From Escherichia phage sutha, in sequence record PV245934.1: DNA of 64,000 nucleotides; one strand, given 5' to 3'. Of the stretch, positions 48,053-58,849 are shown piece after piece. A program made the position numbers and the translations under genes. The first letter of the stretch is position 1. The number at the start of each line of letters is the position of its first letter. The notes beneath the pieces are model-generated. The model did no database searches, had not been told where the DNA came from, and saw nothing but the letters and a program-made list of their open reading frames with translations.

Positions 48053-49808
48053 TAACCTCAATTGGTTTGTTGGTGTTGTTGAAGATAGAATGGACCCATT
48101 AAAATTAGGTCGTGTTCGTGTTCGTGTAGTTGGTCTGCATCCACCTCAAAGAGCGCAAGGCGACGTAATGGGTATTCCAACCGATAAATTACCATGGATG
48201 TCAGTTATTCAACCTATAACTTCTGCAGCAATGTCTGGAATTGGAGGCTCCGTTACTGGTCCGGTAGAAGGAACTAGAGTTTATGGTCATTTTTTAGACA
48301 AATGGAAAACTAACGGAATTGTCCTTGGCACATATGGCGGAATAGTTCGCGAAAAGCCTAATAGGCTTGAAGGATTTTCTGACCCAACTGGACAGTATCC
48401 TAGACGTCTAGGAAATGATACTAACGTATTAAACCAAGGCGGAGAAGTAGGATATGATTCGTCTTCTAATATTATCCAAGATAGCAATCTAGACACTGCG
48501 ATAAATCCCGATGATAGACCACTATCAGAAATTCCAACTGATGATAATCCAAATATGTCAATGGCTGAAATGCTTCGCCGTGATGAAGGATTAAGACTAA
48601 AAGTTTATTGGGATACTGAAGGATATCCGACAATTGGTATTGGTCATCTTATCATGAAGCAGCCAGTTCGTGATATGACTCAAATTAATAAAGTTTTATC
48701 AAAACAAGTTGGTCGTGAAATTACCGGAAATCCAGGTTCTATTACAATGGAAGAGGCGACAGCTTTATTTGAACGCGATTTGGCTGATATGCAACGTGAC
48801 ATTAAATCACATTCTAAAGTTGGCCCAGTTTGGCAGGCAGTTAATCGTTCTCGTCAAATGGCATTAGAAAACATGGCATTTCAGATGGGTGTTGGTGGTG
48901 TAGCTAAATTTAACACATTGTTAACTGCTATGTTAGCAGGAGATTGGGAAAAAGCATATAAAGCTGGTCGTGATTCATTGTGGTATCAACAAACAAAAGG
49001 ACGTGCATCCCGTGTTACTATGATTATTCTTACGGGAAATTTGGAATCATATGGTGTTGAAGTGAAAACCCCAGCTAGGTCTCTATCAGCAATGGCGGCT
49101 ACTGTAGCTAAATCTTCTGACCCTGCTGACCCTCCTATTCCAAATGACTCGAGAATTTTATTCAAAGAACCAGTTTCTTCATATAAAGGCGAATATCCTT
49201 ATGTGCATACAATGGAAACTGAAAGCGGACATATTCAGGAATTTGATGATACCCCTGGGCAAGAACGATACAGATTAGTTCATCCGACAGGAACTTATGA
49301 AGAAGTATCACCATCAGGAAGAAGAACAAGAAAAACTGTCGATAATTTGTATGATATAACAAATGCTGATGGTAATTTTTTGGTAGCCGGCGATAAAAAG
49401 ACTAACGTCGGTGGATCAGAAATTTATTACAACATGGATAATCGTCTCCACCAAATAGATGGAAGCAATACAATATTTGTGCGTGGCGATGAAACGAAAA
49501 CTGTTGAAGGTAATGGAACTATCCTAGTTAAAGGTAATGTTAAAGTAGTTATTCAAGGAACAGCAGATATAACTGTTGAACAGGAAGCATACATAACTGT
49601 TGAAAAAGACACGACTGTTAATGTTAACCAAAACGCAGACATAAGTGTTAAAAATAAAGCAACTGTTAATGCTGAAAATATGGATGTCAACGTTGAGCAA
49701 GATTTAAATTTTTCAGCGACAAATATTAATTTAAGTGCATCTAATACTGTTCATATGGATGGCGGGGTTCTTTCTAAAGTATCAGGTGGAAACGTACAGG
49801 TTGGTTAA
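48036..49808 (+). CDS. 5: baseplate central spike / tail lysozyme gp5
   Basis: 590 aa; N-terminal OB domain, central lysozyme domain homologous to gpe (DEGLRLKVYWDTEGYPTIGIGHL), C-terminal beta-helix repeats. Confidence 0.95.
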   Translation: MEMISNNLNWFVGVVEDRMDPLKLGRVRVRVVGLHPPQRAQGDVMGIPTDKLPWMSVIQPITSAAMSGIGGSVTGPVEGTRVYGHFLDKWKTNGIVLGTYGGIVREKPNRLEGFSDPTGQYPRRLGNDTNVLNQGGEVGYDSSSNIIQDSNLDTAINPDDRPLSEIPTDDNPNMSMAEMLRRDEGLRLKVYWDTEGYPTIGIGHLIMKQPVRDMTQINKVLSKQVGREITGNPGSITMEEATALFERDLADMQRDIKSHSKVGPVWQAVNRSRQMALENMAFQMGVGGVAKFNTLLTAMLAGDWEKAYKAGRDSLWYQQTKGRASRVTMIILTGNLESYGVEVKTPARSLSAMAATVAKSSDPADPPIPNDSRILFKEPVSSYKGEYPYVHTMETESGHIQEFDDTPGQERYRLVHPTGTYEEVSPSGRRTRKTVDNLYDITNADGNFLVAGDKKTNVGGSEIYYNMDNRLHQIDGSNTIFVRGDETKTVEGNGTILVKGNVKVVIQGTADITVEQEAYITVEKDTTVNVNQNADISVKNKATVNAENMDVNVEQDLNFSATNINLSASNTVHMDGGVLSKVSGGNVQVG

Positions 49809-49809
49809 T

Positions 49810-51846
49810 ATGAATTATAACGAAATTGTTGATGAATTAGTTGATACCATACAATCAGCTTGTTCAATTATTCCCGAAGGTTATTATAGACGAGTTAAAT
49901 GGGAATTATACAATCCCAATAAAGAAATGATTCAACCCGATAATGGGGTTGAATGGGACACTGAAATTATTAAATTAGATACCCATCTTTACACCGAAAA
50001 TCCATTTGGTCATTCTTCTGATACATTTACTGAATCATCTGATGGAGAAACCCAAACTGGTGTTTTTTGTCATAAAATCGGCGTGTATTTTCCAACTCAA
50101 ACTGCGTTAGAAGATTACGTTGAACAAATTGGTGCAACTTTACTTCCAGGTAATACTTGGTATGGTGCTGATTTATCGAAACGTGAATTTTTTAAAACTG
50201 AAATTGAATATGATATGTATCGCATTGAAAATCGCGGAGGTACATGGCATCATACGGGTCCTAGAATAGATGCTAGGACAATGATCGGTGTTAACAATGA
50301 CTATACAATGTATGTTAACTTTAACGGTTTAGGAGATTATCGAAGAGCATATTTAAAATATTATGAAGATAAACCATGCACATATGTCGGTTTAACACTA
50401 AATTTAAATATAGATACATCAATTCCCGGTATTCCTTATTCACCTCCATCAATTATTGGAGAGCTTCCACTTAATGCAATTTCATGCGTTAATTTTACTG
50501 CCCAATTTCCATACAATGGCTTAACAACTGCAATTATTGAGGCTTGGAACACCTCAAGAGATTCATTTAAACTATATTGGGATATGTTGCCTGGTATGCC
50601 GGCAATTAGCGGAAGTGATTTTGAAAAATATTTTAATTCGGCATATACACATTTATCTGTAGCAATGGAAGAGCTTGGAAATTCGGCAATTGCCATGTGT
50701 CAATATGTTCAGCAACAAGCCTTTATGGTTTTTAAAAATTCTGTTTCACAAGTTCTAAATATTGTCGGTGGCGGATGGGATTTATTAAAAAGTTTTTTAC
50801 CTAAAATAACAATAATGGGCATATCTATTGATATTGAAGATTTATGTACATCAACAGATGGTGTTCAAAAATTGAAGGAAACCTTTGAAAATTTTAATCT
50901 GGAAGATACTATTAGTTCAATTTATTCTGCAATGGGTTCTGCATATGACTATTCTATAGAACGCGTTAAAATGTATTCGCGGGATTTAGTTGATGCAATA
51001 ACAGATTTATATGATTGGGCCTGGTCAAAATTAATGATGGCCGGTGTCGCTTTATCAAAATTATGTGTTGATTTAGCACAAATCTGGAGCATGCCACCAA
51101 TTATTCCAAATCCAGTGTGGTCTGTTATCACTTTAGTGAAGGAAATGATGAAACAAATTCCTCCATTAGATATGATTATGTCAGGTAATTTTCCTGGATT
51201 TACTGCTTCTGATGTATATCAGATGGTTATGTCTATCGTATCTGAAAAAATTAAACAAGTTTATAATGAAATAGAATCATTAAAAACCCAAGCATTGGAT
51301 GTATGGAATGAAATTAAACTAAAAACACAGGAATATAAAAAGCAAACGATTGAATTTAAACAATATTTATCAGGAATGGCTGAAAAGGTTGAAGATGAAA
51401 TAACTATAGCAAAAAAGAAAGCGTTACAAGAAGCTGAATCCGCTTTAAATGTTTTAAAGGATAAATATAACAGTATTAAAGACTTGATAAAAAATAAACA
51501 GATTTCTGTGTCTGATGTATTAGATTTAGCTTTGACTGAATTTCGAAAAATTCCATTAATTTCACAAATGGAATCATTATTATCTTTAGCTGGAGCATCT
51601 ATCGATGATATAATGAAAGTATATGAAAATAGCGTTACTAAAGCAAAATCATTATATCACGAATTCACCGATGGCGCTCGGTCAATGAAAGATCTATGCA
51701 AATCATTATACAATCAAATTTCGACTTTATGTTTGAGTAAGGTTGTGCAATGGATTAATAAAATGCTTGGAATATTTGGATTAAGTATTACATTTCCAAC
51801 AGTATCAATATGCATTCCATGCTTAAAAACTCCTATGAGGAATTAA
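49810..51846 (+). CDS. large hypothetical protein (678 aa) between spike gp5 and gp6
   Basis: Start placed at ATG 49810 (MNYNEIVDEL), 1 nt after gp5 stop; helical/coiled-coil C-terminal half and hydrophobic, Cys-containing tail (LGIFGLSITFPTVSICIPCLK); no motif I recognise. Confidence 0.6.
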   Translation: MNYNEIVDELVDTIQSACSIIPEGYYRRVKWELYNPNKEMIQPDNGVEWDTEIIKLDTHLYTENPFGHSSDTFTESSDGETQTGVFCHKIGVYFPTQTALEDYVEQIGATLLPGNTWYGADLSKREFFKTEIEYDMYRIENRGGTWHHTGPRIDARTMIGVNNDYTMYVNFNGLGDYRRAYLKYYEDKPCTYVGLTLNLNIDTSIPGIPYSPPSIIGELPLNAISCVNFTAQFPYNGLTTAIIEAWNTSRDSFKLYWDMLPGMPAISGSDFEKYFNSAYTHLSVAMEELGNSAIAMCQYVQQQAFMVFKNSVSQVLNIVGGGWDLLKSFLPKITIMGISIDIEDLCTSTDGVQKLKETFENFNLEDTISSIYSAMGSAYDYSIERVKMYSRDLVDAITDLYDWAWSKLMMAGVALSKLCVDLAQIWSMPPIIPNPVWSVITLVKEMMKQIPPLDMIMSGNFPGFTASDVYQMVMSIVSEKIKQVYNEIESLKTQALDVWNEIKLKTQEYKKQTIEFKQYLSGMAEKVEDEITIAKKKALQEAESALNVLKDKYNSIKDLIKNKQISVSDVLDLALTEFRKIPLISQMESLLSLAGASIDDIMKVYENSVTKAKSLYHEFTDGARSMKDLCKSLYNQISTLCLSKVVQWINKMLGIFGLSITFPTVSICIPCLKTPMRN

Positions 51847-51847
51847 A

Positions 51848-53827
51848 ATGACAACTCCTGTAAATTATCAATTAACAAGAACAGCAAATGCTATTCCCGA
51901 GATATTCGTCGGGGGTACATTTGCTGAAATAAAACAAAACCTCATTGAATGGCTTAATGGTCAAAATGAATTTTTGGATTATGATTTTGAAGGCTCAAGA
52001 TTAAACGTTCTGTGCGACCTTTTGGCTTATAATACATTATACATTCAGCAGTTTGGTAATGCTGCCGTATATGAAAGCTTTATGCGTACTGCTAACTTAC
52101 GTAGTTCAGTAGTTCAAGCGGCACAAGATAATGGATATTTACCTACTTCAAAATCAGCTGCTCAAACTGAAATTATGCTAACTTGTACAGATGCATTGAA
52201 TAGAAATTACATTACTATTCCTCGCGGTACTCGCTTTTTAGCATATGCAAAAGATACTTCTGTTAATCCATATAACTTCGTTTCTACTGAAGACGTTATT
52301 GCTATTCGTGATAAAAATAACCAATATTTTCCGCGTTTAAAATTAGCCCAGGGGCGTATAGTAAGAACTGAAATCATTTATGATAAATTAACACCTATTA
52401 TCATTTATGACAAAAATATAGATAGAAACCAAGTTAAACTATATGTTGATGGAGCAGAATGGATTAACTGGACAAGAAAGTCAATGGTTCATGCTGGTTC
52501 TACATCAACAATTTACTACATGCGTGAAACTATTGATGGAAATACTGAGTTTTATTTTGGTGAAGGCGAGATTTCTGTTAATGCGGCAGAAGGAGCATTG
52601 ACTGCTAATTATATTGGAGGTCTTAAACCTACCCAGAACTCTACGATTGTTATTGAGTACATCAGTACTAACGGTGCAGATGCGAATGGTGCAGTCGGAT
52701 TTTCATACGCAGATACATTAACAAATATAACTGTCATCAACATTAATGAAAATCCAAACGATGACCCAGATTTTGTTGGGGCAGATGGCGGCGGCGATCC
52801 AGAAGATATTGAGCGTATTCGCGAATTGGGTACTATTAAACGCGAAACCCAGCAACGCTGCGTAACTGCGACTGACTATGATACATTCGTTTCAGAGAGA
52901 TTTGGTTCTATTATTCAAGCAGTTCAGACTTTCACTGATTCTACTAAACCTGGTTATGCATTTATTGCTGCTAAACCTAAATCAGGGTTGTATTTAACTA
53001 CTGTACAACGCGAAGATATTAAAAATTATCTCAAAGACTATAATTTAGCTCCTATTACGCCATCAATTATTTCTCCTAATTATCTTTTTATTAAGACTAA
53101 TTTAAAAGTCACATATGCTTTAAATAAGCTACAAGAATCCGAACAGTGGCTCGAAGGTCAAATAATTGATAAAATTGATCGTTATTATACCGAAGACGTA
53201 GAAATTTTTAACTCATCTTTCGCTAAATCTAAGATGTTGACATATGTAGATGATGCAGATCATTCTATCATTGGTTCATCAGCGACAATTCAAATTGTTC
53301 GTGAAGTACAAAACTTCTATAAAACGCCTGAAGCAGGTATTAAATACAATAATCAAATAAAAGATCGTTCTATGGAATCTAATACGTTTTCATTTAATTC
53401 TGGACGAAAGGTTGTAAATCCTGATACTGGTTTAGAAGAAGATGTATTATATGACGTTCGCATAGTATCAACAGACCGAGATTCTAAAGGAATTGGTAAA
53501 GTTATTATTGGTCCATTTGCTTCTGGCGATGTTACAGAAAATGAAAACATTCAGCCGTATACAGGCAACGATTTTAACAAATTAGCAAATTCTGATGGAC
53601 GCGACAAATACTATGTTATCGGTGAAATAAATTATCCAGCTGATGTGATTTATTGGAATATCGCTAAAATTAATTTAACATCTGAAAAATTTGAAGTTCA
53701 GACTATTGAATTATATTCTGACCCAACCGATGATGTTATCTTTACTCGCGATGGTTCACTGATTGTATTTGAAAATGACTTACGTCCACAATACTTAACT
53801 ATCGATTTGGAGCCTATATCACAATGA
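51848..53827 (+). CDS. 6: baseplate wedge protein gp6
   Basis: 659 aa, MTTPVNYQLTRTANAIPEIFVGGTFAEIKQNLIEWLNGQNEF... matches T4 gp6. Confidence 0.95.
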   Translation: MTTPVNYQLTRTANAIPEIFVGGTFAEIKQNLIEWLNGQNEFLDYDFEGSRLNVLCDLLAYNTLYIQQFGNAAVYESFMRTANLRSSVVQAAQDNGYLPTSKSAAQTEIMLTCTDALNRNYITIPRGTRFLAYAKDTSVNPYNFVSTEDVIAIRDKNNQYFPRLKLAQGRIVRTEIIYDKLTPIIIYDKNIDRNQVKLYVDGAEWINWTRKSMVHAGSTSTIYYMRETIDGNTEFYFGEGEISVNAAEGALTANYIGGLKPTQNSTIVIEYISTNGADANGAVGFSYADTLTNITVININENPNDDPDFVGADGGGDPEDIERIRELGTIKRETQQRCVTATDYDTFVSERFGSIIQAVQTFTDSTKPGYAFIAAKPKSGLYLTTVQREDIKNYLKDYNLAPITPSIISPNYLFIKTNLKVTYALNKLQESEQWLEGQIIDKIDRYYTEDVEIFNSSFAKSKMLTYVDDADHSIIGSSATIQIVREVQNFYKTPEAGIKYNNQIKDRSMESNTFSFNSGRKVVNPDTGLEEDVLYDVRIVSTDRDSKGIGKVIIGPFASGDVTENENIQPYTGNDFNKLANSDGRDKYYVIGEINYPADVIYWNIAKINLTSEKFEVQTIELYSDPTDDVIFTRDGSLIVFENDLRPQYLTIDLEPISQ

Positions 53828-56800
53828 CAGTAAAAGCACCTTCAGTCACTAGTCTCAGAATTTCCAAGTTATCCGCAAATCAGGTGCAAGTACGCTGGGA
53901 TGACGTTGGTGCTAATTTCTACTATTTTGTAGAAATCGCTGAGACAAAAACAAACTCGGGGGAAAATCTCCCGAGTAATCAATACAGATGGATTAACTTA
54001 GGATATACTGCAAATAACAGCTTCTTTTTTGATGATGCTGACCCATTGACATCATACGTTATTAGAGTAGCTACAGCTGCACAAGATTTTGAACAGTCTG
54101 ATTGGATTTATACCGAAGAGTTTGAAACTTTTGCTACAAATGCTTATACATTTCAAAACATGATTGAAATGCAATTAGCTAATAAATTCATTCAGGAAAA
54201 ATTTACTCTTAATAATTCTGATTATGTCAATTTTAATAATGACACTATAATGGCTGCATTAATGAATGAATCATTTCAGTTCAGCCCATCATATGTTGAC
54301 GTTTCATCAATAAGCAATTTTATTATTGGTGAAAATGAGTATCATGAAATACAAGGTTCTATTCAGCAAGTATGTAAGGATATTAACCGAGTTTATTTGA
54401 TGGAATCGGAAGGGATTTTATACCTTTTTGAGCGTTATCAACCTGTAGTTAAAGTATCCAATGATAAAGGACAAACTTGGAAAGCTGTAAAGCTCTTCAA
54501 TGACCGCGTAGGATATCCTTTATCTAAGACAGTATATTACCAATCTGCGAACACAACATACGTTCTAGGATACGACAAGATTTTCTATGGCCGCAAATCG
54601 ACTGATGTTAGATGGTCAGCTGATGATGTCAGATTTAGTTCTCAGGATATAACATTCGCTAAACTTGGCGACCAATTACATTTAGGATTTGATGTAGAAA
54701 TTTTTGCTACTTACGCGACTTTACCGGCGAATGTATACCGTATTGCAGAAGCTATTACTTGCACCGATGATTACATTTACGTTGTCGCCAGAGACAAAGT
54801 TAGATACATAAAAACTAGTAATGCACCTATAGATTCTGATCCATTATCTCCGACATATTCGGAAAGACTTTTTGAACCTGATACAATGACTATAACCGGA
54901 AATCCTAAAGCAGTATGCTATAAAATGGATTCTGTCGGTGATAAAGTTTTTGCTCTTATTATTGGTGAAGTTGAAACACTAAATGCTAATCCTAGAACAT
55001 CAAAAATAATTGATTCTGCTGATAAAGGAATATATGTTTTAAATCATGACACAAAAACATGGAAAAGAGTTTTTGGCAACACTGAAGAAGAAAGAAGACG
55101 TATTCAACCAGGGTATGCGAATATGTCAACTGATGGTAAATTAGTTTCTCTATCATCGAGTAATTTTAAATTTTTAAGTGATAATGTTGTTAATGACCCT
55201 GAAACTGCAGCAAAATATCAGTTAATCGGTGCCGTTAAATATGAATTTCCTCGTGAATGGCTAGCTGATAAGCATTATCATATGATGGCATTTATAGCAG
55301 ATGAAAAGTCTGATTGGGAAACTTTTACTCCTCAGCCGATGAAATACTACGCTGAACCATTCTTTAACTGGTCTAAAAAATCTAACACACGTTGTTGGAT
55401 AAACAACTCTGATAGGGTTGTAGTAGTTTATGCTGATTTAAAATATACTAAAGTTATAGAAAACATTCCTGAAACATCACCAGATAGATTAGTTCATGAA
55501 TACTGGGACGATGGCGATTGTACTATAGTAATGCCAAATGTTAAATTCACTGGATTTAAAAAATATGCATCTGGGATGCTTTTCTATAAAGCCTCTGGTG
55601 AAATAATTTCTTACTATGATTTTAACTATCGTGTTAGAGACACTGTCGAAATTATTTGGAAGCCAACTGAAGTATTTTTAAAAGCATTTTTACAAAACCA
55701 AGAGCATGAAACTCCTTGGTCGCCTGAAGAAGAGCGTGGATTAGCTGACCCTGATTTAAGACCGTTGATTGGCACAATGATGCCTGATTCTTATTTGTTA
55801 CAGGATTCGAATTTTGAGGCATTTTGCGAAGCATATATTCAATATCTTTCTGATGGATATGGAACTCAGTATAACAATTTACGAAATTTAATTCGTAACA
55901 AATATCCACGAGAAGAGCATGCATGGGAATATTTGTGGTCAGAGATATATAAAAGAAACATTTATTTAAATGCTGATAAACGTGATGCTGTTGCGAGATT
56001 CTTTGAATCACGTAGCTATGATTTTTATTCTACTAAAGGAATTGAAGCATCATACAAGTTTCTTTTTAAAGTTCTTTATAATGAAGAAGTTGAAATTGAA
56101 ATCGAATCTGGGGCTGGTACTGAATATGACATAATCGTTCAATCTGATTCTTTGACTGAAGATTTAGTAGGACAAACGATTTATACAGCTACAGGAAGAT
56201 GTAATGTTACTTATATAGAAAGAAGCTATTCTAATGGTAAATTGCAATGGACCGTAACTATTCATAATCTTTTAGGAAGATTAATTGCTGGTCAAGAAGT
56301 TAAAGCAGAAAGACTCCCTAGTTTTGAAGGCGAAATTATTCGCGGGGTTAAAGGGAAGGATTTGCTTCAAAACAATATAGACTATATTAATAGAAGTAGA
56401 TCATACTATGTAATGAAAATTAAATCCAATTTGCCTTCTTCCCGCTGGAAATCTGACGTTATTCGTTTTGTTCATCCAGTAGGATTTGGATTTATAGCAA
56501 TTACTCTTTTAACAATGTTTATTAATGTTGGTTTAACTCTTAAACATACAGAGACTATAATTAATAAATACAAAAACTATAAATGGGATTCTGGATTGCC
56601 TACTGAATATGCTGATAGAGTAGCTAAATTAACTCCAGCTGGTGAAATTGAACATGATCCAGTAACAGGCGAAGCAATTTATGAGCCTGGCCCAATGGCT
56701 GGCGTAGAATATCCTCTTCCTGATGACTATAATGCTGAAAATAACAATTCAATATTTCAAGGTCAATTGCCATCTGAACGACGTAAATTAATGAGTCCTC

Positions 56801-56922
56801 TATTTGATGCATCTGGAACAACATTTGCACAATTTAGAGATTTAGTTAATAAACGTCTAAAAGATAATATAGGAAATCCAAGAGACCCTGAAAATCCAAC
56901 ACAGGTTAAAATAGATGAATGA
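53824..56922 (+). CDS. 7: baseplate wedge protein gp7
   Basis: 1032 aa; size and synteny match T4 gp7. Confidence 0.95.
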   Translation: MTVKAPSVTSLRISKLSANQVQVRWDDVGANFYYFVEIAETKTNSGENLPSNQYRWINLGYTANNSFFFDDADPLTSYVIRVATAAQDFEQSDWIYTEEFETFATNAYTFQNMIEMQLANKFIQEKFTLNNSDYVNFNNDTIMAALMNESFQFSPSYVDVSSISNFIIGENEYHEIQGSIQQVCKDINRVYLMESEGILYLFERYQPVVKVSNDKGQTWKAVKLFNDRVGYPLSKTVYYQSANTTYVLGYDKIFYGRKSTDVRWSADDVRFSSQDITFAKLGDQLHLGFDVEIFATYATLPANVYRIAEAITCTDDYIYVVARDKVRYIKTSNAPIDSDPLSPTYSERLFEPDTMTITGNPKAVCYKMDSVGDKVFALIIGEVETLNANPRTSKIIDSADKGIYVLNHDTKTWKRVFGNTEEERRRIQPGYANMSTDGKLVSLSSSNFKFLSDNVVNDPETAAKYQLIGAVKYEFPREWLADKHYHMMAFIADEKSDWETFTPQPMKYYAEPFFNWSKKSNTRCWINNSDRVVVVYADLKYTKVIENIPETSPDRLVHEYWDDGDCTIVMPNVKFTGFKKYASGMLFYKASGEIISYYDFNYRVRDTVEIIWKPTEVFLKAFLQNQEHETPWSPEEERGLADPDLRPLIGTMMPDSYLLQDSNFEAFCEAYIQYLSDGYGTQYNNLRNLIRNKYPREEHAWEYLWSEIYKRNIYLNADKRDAVARFFESRSYDFYSTKGIEASYKFLFKVLYNEEVEIEIESGAGTEYDIIVQSDSLTEDLVGQTIYTATGRCNVTYIERSYSNGKLQWTVTIHNLLGRLIAGQEVKAERLPSFEGEIIRGVKGKDLLQNNIDYINRSRSYYVMKIKSNLPSSRWKSDVIRFVHPVGFGFIAITLLTMFINVGLTLKHTETIINKYKNYKWDSGLPTEYADRVAKLTPAGEIEHDPVTGEAIYEPGPMAGVEYPLPDDYNAENNNSIFQGQLPSERRKLMSPLFDASGTTFAQFRDLVNKRLKDNIGNPRDPENPTQVKIDE

Positions 56923-57919
56923 TTCAAGTGTTATCTATCGTGCGATAGTTACTTCAAAATTTAGAACAGAAAAAATGTTGAATTTTTATAATTCAATTGG
57001 AAGTGGTCCGGATAAAAACACTATCTTTATCACATTTGGAAGATCAGAACCATGGTCATCAAATGAAAATGAGGTGGGATTTGCCCCACCTTATCCCACC
57101 GATTCTGTATTAGGTGTAACTGACATGTGGACTCATATGATGGGAACTGTAAAGGTTCTTCCATCTATGCTCGATGCAGTTATTCCTCGTAGAGATTGGG
57201 GAGATACTAGATATCCGGATCCATACACATTTAGAATTAACGATATTGTAGTATGTAACTCAGCTCCTTACAATGCTACCGAATCAGGCGCAGGCTGGTT
57301 AGTATATCGCTGTTTAGATGTTCCTGACACAGGAATGTGTTCAATTGAGTCTTTAACTAATAAGGATGAATGCCTTAAGTTAGGTGGAAAATGGACTCCT
57401 TCTGCTAGGTCAATGACTCCTCCTGAAGGTCGAGGAGACGCGGAAGGAACAATCGAACCTGGAGACGGGTATGTATGGGAATATCTTTTTGAGATTCCGC
57501 CTGATGTATCTATAAATAGATGTACGAATGAATATATCGTGGTTCCTTGGCCGGAAGAATTAAAAGAAGACCCGACTAGATGGGGGTATGAAGATAACCT
57601 CACTTGGCAACAAGATGATTTTGGATTAATTTACCGTGTTAAGGCAAATACTATCCGTTTTAAAGCATATTTAGATTCAGTTTATTTTCCTGAAGCTGCA
57701 CTGCCGGGAAATAAAGGATTTAGGCAAATATCAATAATCACGAATCCTCTTGAAGCTAAAGCTCATCCAAATGACCCAAACGTTAAAGCTGAAAAGGATT
57801 ATTATGATCCGGAAGATTTAATGAGGCATTCGGGCGAAATGATTTATATGGAAAATAGGCCACCTATTATCATGGCAATGGATCAAACAGAAGAAATCAA
57901 TATTCTGTTTACATTTTAA
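56915..57919 (+). CDS. 8: baseplate wedge protein gp8
   Basis: 334 aa; size and synteny match T4 gp8. Confidence 0.95.
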   Translation: MNDSSVIYRAIVTSKFRTEKMLNFYNSIGSGPDKNTIFITFGRSEPWSSNENEVGFAPPYPTDSVLGVTDMWTHMMGTVKVLPSMLDAVIPRRDWGDTRYPDPYTFRINDIVVCNSAPYNATESGAGWLVYRCLDVPDTGMCSIESLTNKDECLKLGGKWTPSARSMTPPEGRGDAEGTIEPGDGYVWEYLFEIPPDVSINRCTNEYIVVPWPEELKEDPTRWGYEDNLTWQQDDFGLIYRVKANTIRFKAYLDSVYFPEAALPGNKGFRQISIITNPLEAKAHPNDPNVKAEKDYYDPEDLMRHSGEMIYMENRPPIIMAMDQTEEINILFTF

Positions 57920-57924
57920 CTTAA

Positions 57925-57949
57925 GGGAGCCCATGGGCTCCCTTTTTCT
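57925..57949 (+). terminator. rho-independent terminator after gene 8
   Basis: GGGAGCC-CATG-GGCTCCC followed by T5. Confidence 0.6.
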
Positions 57950-57950
57950 T

Positions 57951-57958
57951 TATAAATA
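57951..57958 (+). promoter_or_regulatory. late promoter TATAAATA for gene 9
   Basis: Exact TATAAATA about 25 nt upstream of gp9 ATG. Confidence 0.7.
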
Positions 57959-57982
57959 CTATAAACTCATAAGGAAACCGCT

Positions 57983-58849
57983 ATGTTCATTCAAGAACCA
58001 AAGAAATTGATTGATACCGGCGAAATTGGTAACGCTTCTACTGGTGATATCTTATTCGACGGTGGTAATAAAATTAATAGTGATTTTAACGCAATTTATA
58101 ATGCGTTTGGCGATCAACGTAAAATGGCAGTAGCAAATGGAACTGGAGCAGATGGCCAAATTATCCATGCTACTGGATATTATCAAAAACACTCTATTGC
58201 AGAGTACGCAACTCCAGTAAAAGTTGGCACTAGGCACGATATTGATACTTCTACTGTAGGTGTTAAAGTTATCATTGAAAGAGGCGAACTTGGCGACTGT
58301 GTTGAATTTATTAACTCAAATGGATCAATATCAGTTACTAATCCTTTAACAATTCAAGCCATTGATTCAATTAAAGGTGTTTCAGGTAATTTAGTAGTAA
58401 CTAGGCCATATAGTAAAGTAACTTTACGTTGTATTTCATCTGATAATTCTACATCGGTTTGGAATTATTCTATTGAAAGCATGTTTGGACAAAAGGAATC
58501 ACCAGCTGAAGGTACATGGAATATTTCTACATCTGGATCAGTTGATATTCCACTATTTCATCGTACTGAATACAATATGGCTAAATTGTTAGTTACGTGC
58601 CAATCAGTAGATGGAAGAAAAATTAAAACAGCAGAAATAAATATTCTTGTGGATACTGTTAATTCAGAGGTCATTTCTTCTGAATATGCTGTCATGCGAG
58701 TTGGGAATGAAACCGAAGAAGACGAAATCGCTAATATTGCATTTAGTATTAAAGAAAATTATGTAACGGCGACTATAAGTTCTTCAACTGTCGGTATGAG
58801 AGCAGCAGTTAAAGTTATCGCTACGCAGAAAATCGGGGTGGCTCAATAA
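57983..58849 (+). CDS. 9: baseplate protein gp9 (long tail fiber socket)
   Basis: 288 aa; size and synteny match T4 gp9. Confidence 0.95.
   Translation: MFIQEPKKLIDTGEIGNASTGDILFDGGNKINSDFNAIYNAFGDQRKMAVANGTGADGQIIHATGYYQKHSIAEYATPVKVGTRHDIDTSTVGVKVIIERGELGDCVEFINSNGSISVTNPLTIQAIDSIKGVSGNLVVTRPYSKVTLRCISSDNSTSVWNYSIESMFGQKESPAEGTWNISTSGSVDIPLFHRTEYNMAKLLVTCQSVDGRKIKTAEINILVDTVNSEVISSEYAVMRVGNETEEDEIANIAFSIKENYVTATISSSTVGMRAAVKVIATQKIGVAQ

Noticed and set aside
49735-49809. N-terminal extension of the 703-aa track ORF overlapping the gp5 3' end
   Set aside because: Extension is hydrophobic nonsense in the gp5 coding region; ATG at 49810 right after the gp5 stop is the more plausible start
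49440-49810. Short direct DNA repeats (actgttaatg, gttaatgtt...) that could be read as iterons or a CRISPR-like array
   Set aside because: They are in frame within gp5 and encode the repeating V-x-x-N/G beta-helix of the spike; no spacer/repeat regularity
50436-51131. Minus-strand ORFs (86 and 60 aa) inside the 678-aa ORF, considered as possible repE-like genes
   Set aside because: Short, no SD, antisense to a long plus-strand ORF that is tightly coupled to gp5 and gp6
57268-57603. 111-aa minus-strand ORF inside gene 8
   Set aside because: Antisense to conserved baseplate gene; Ser/Pro-rich artefact
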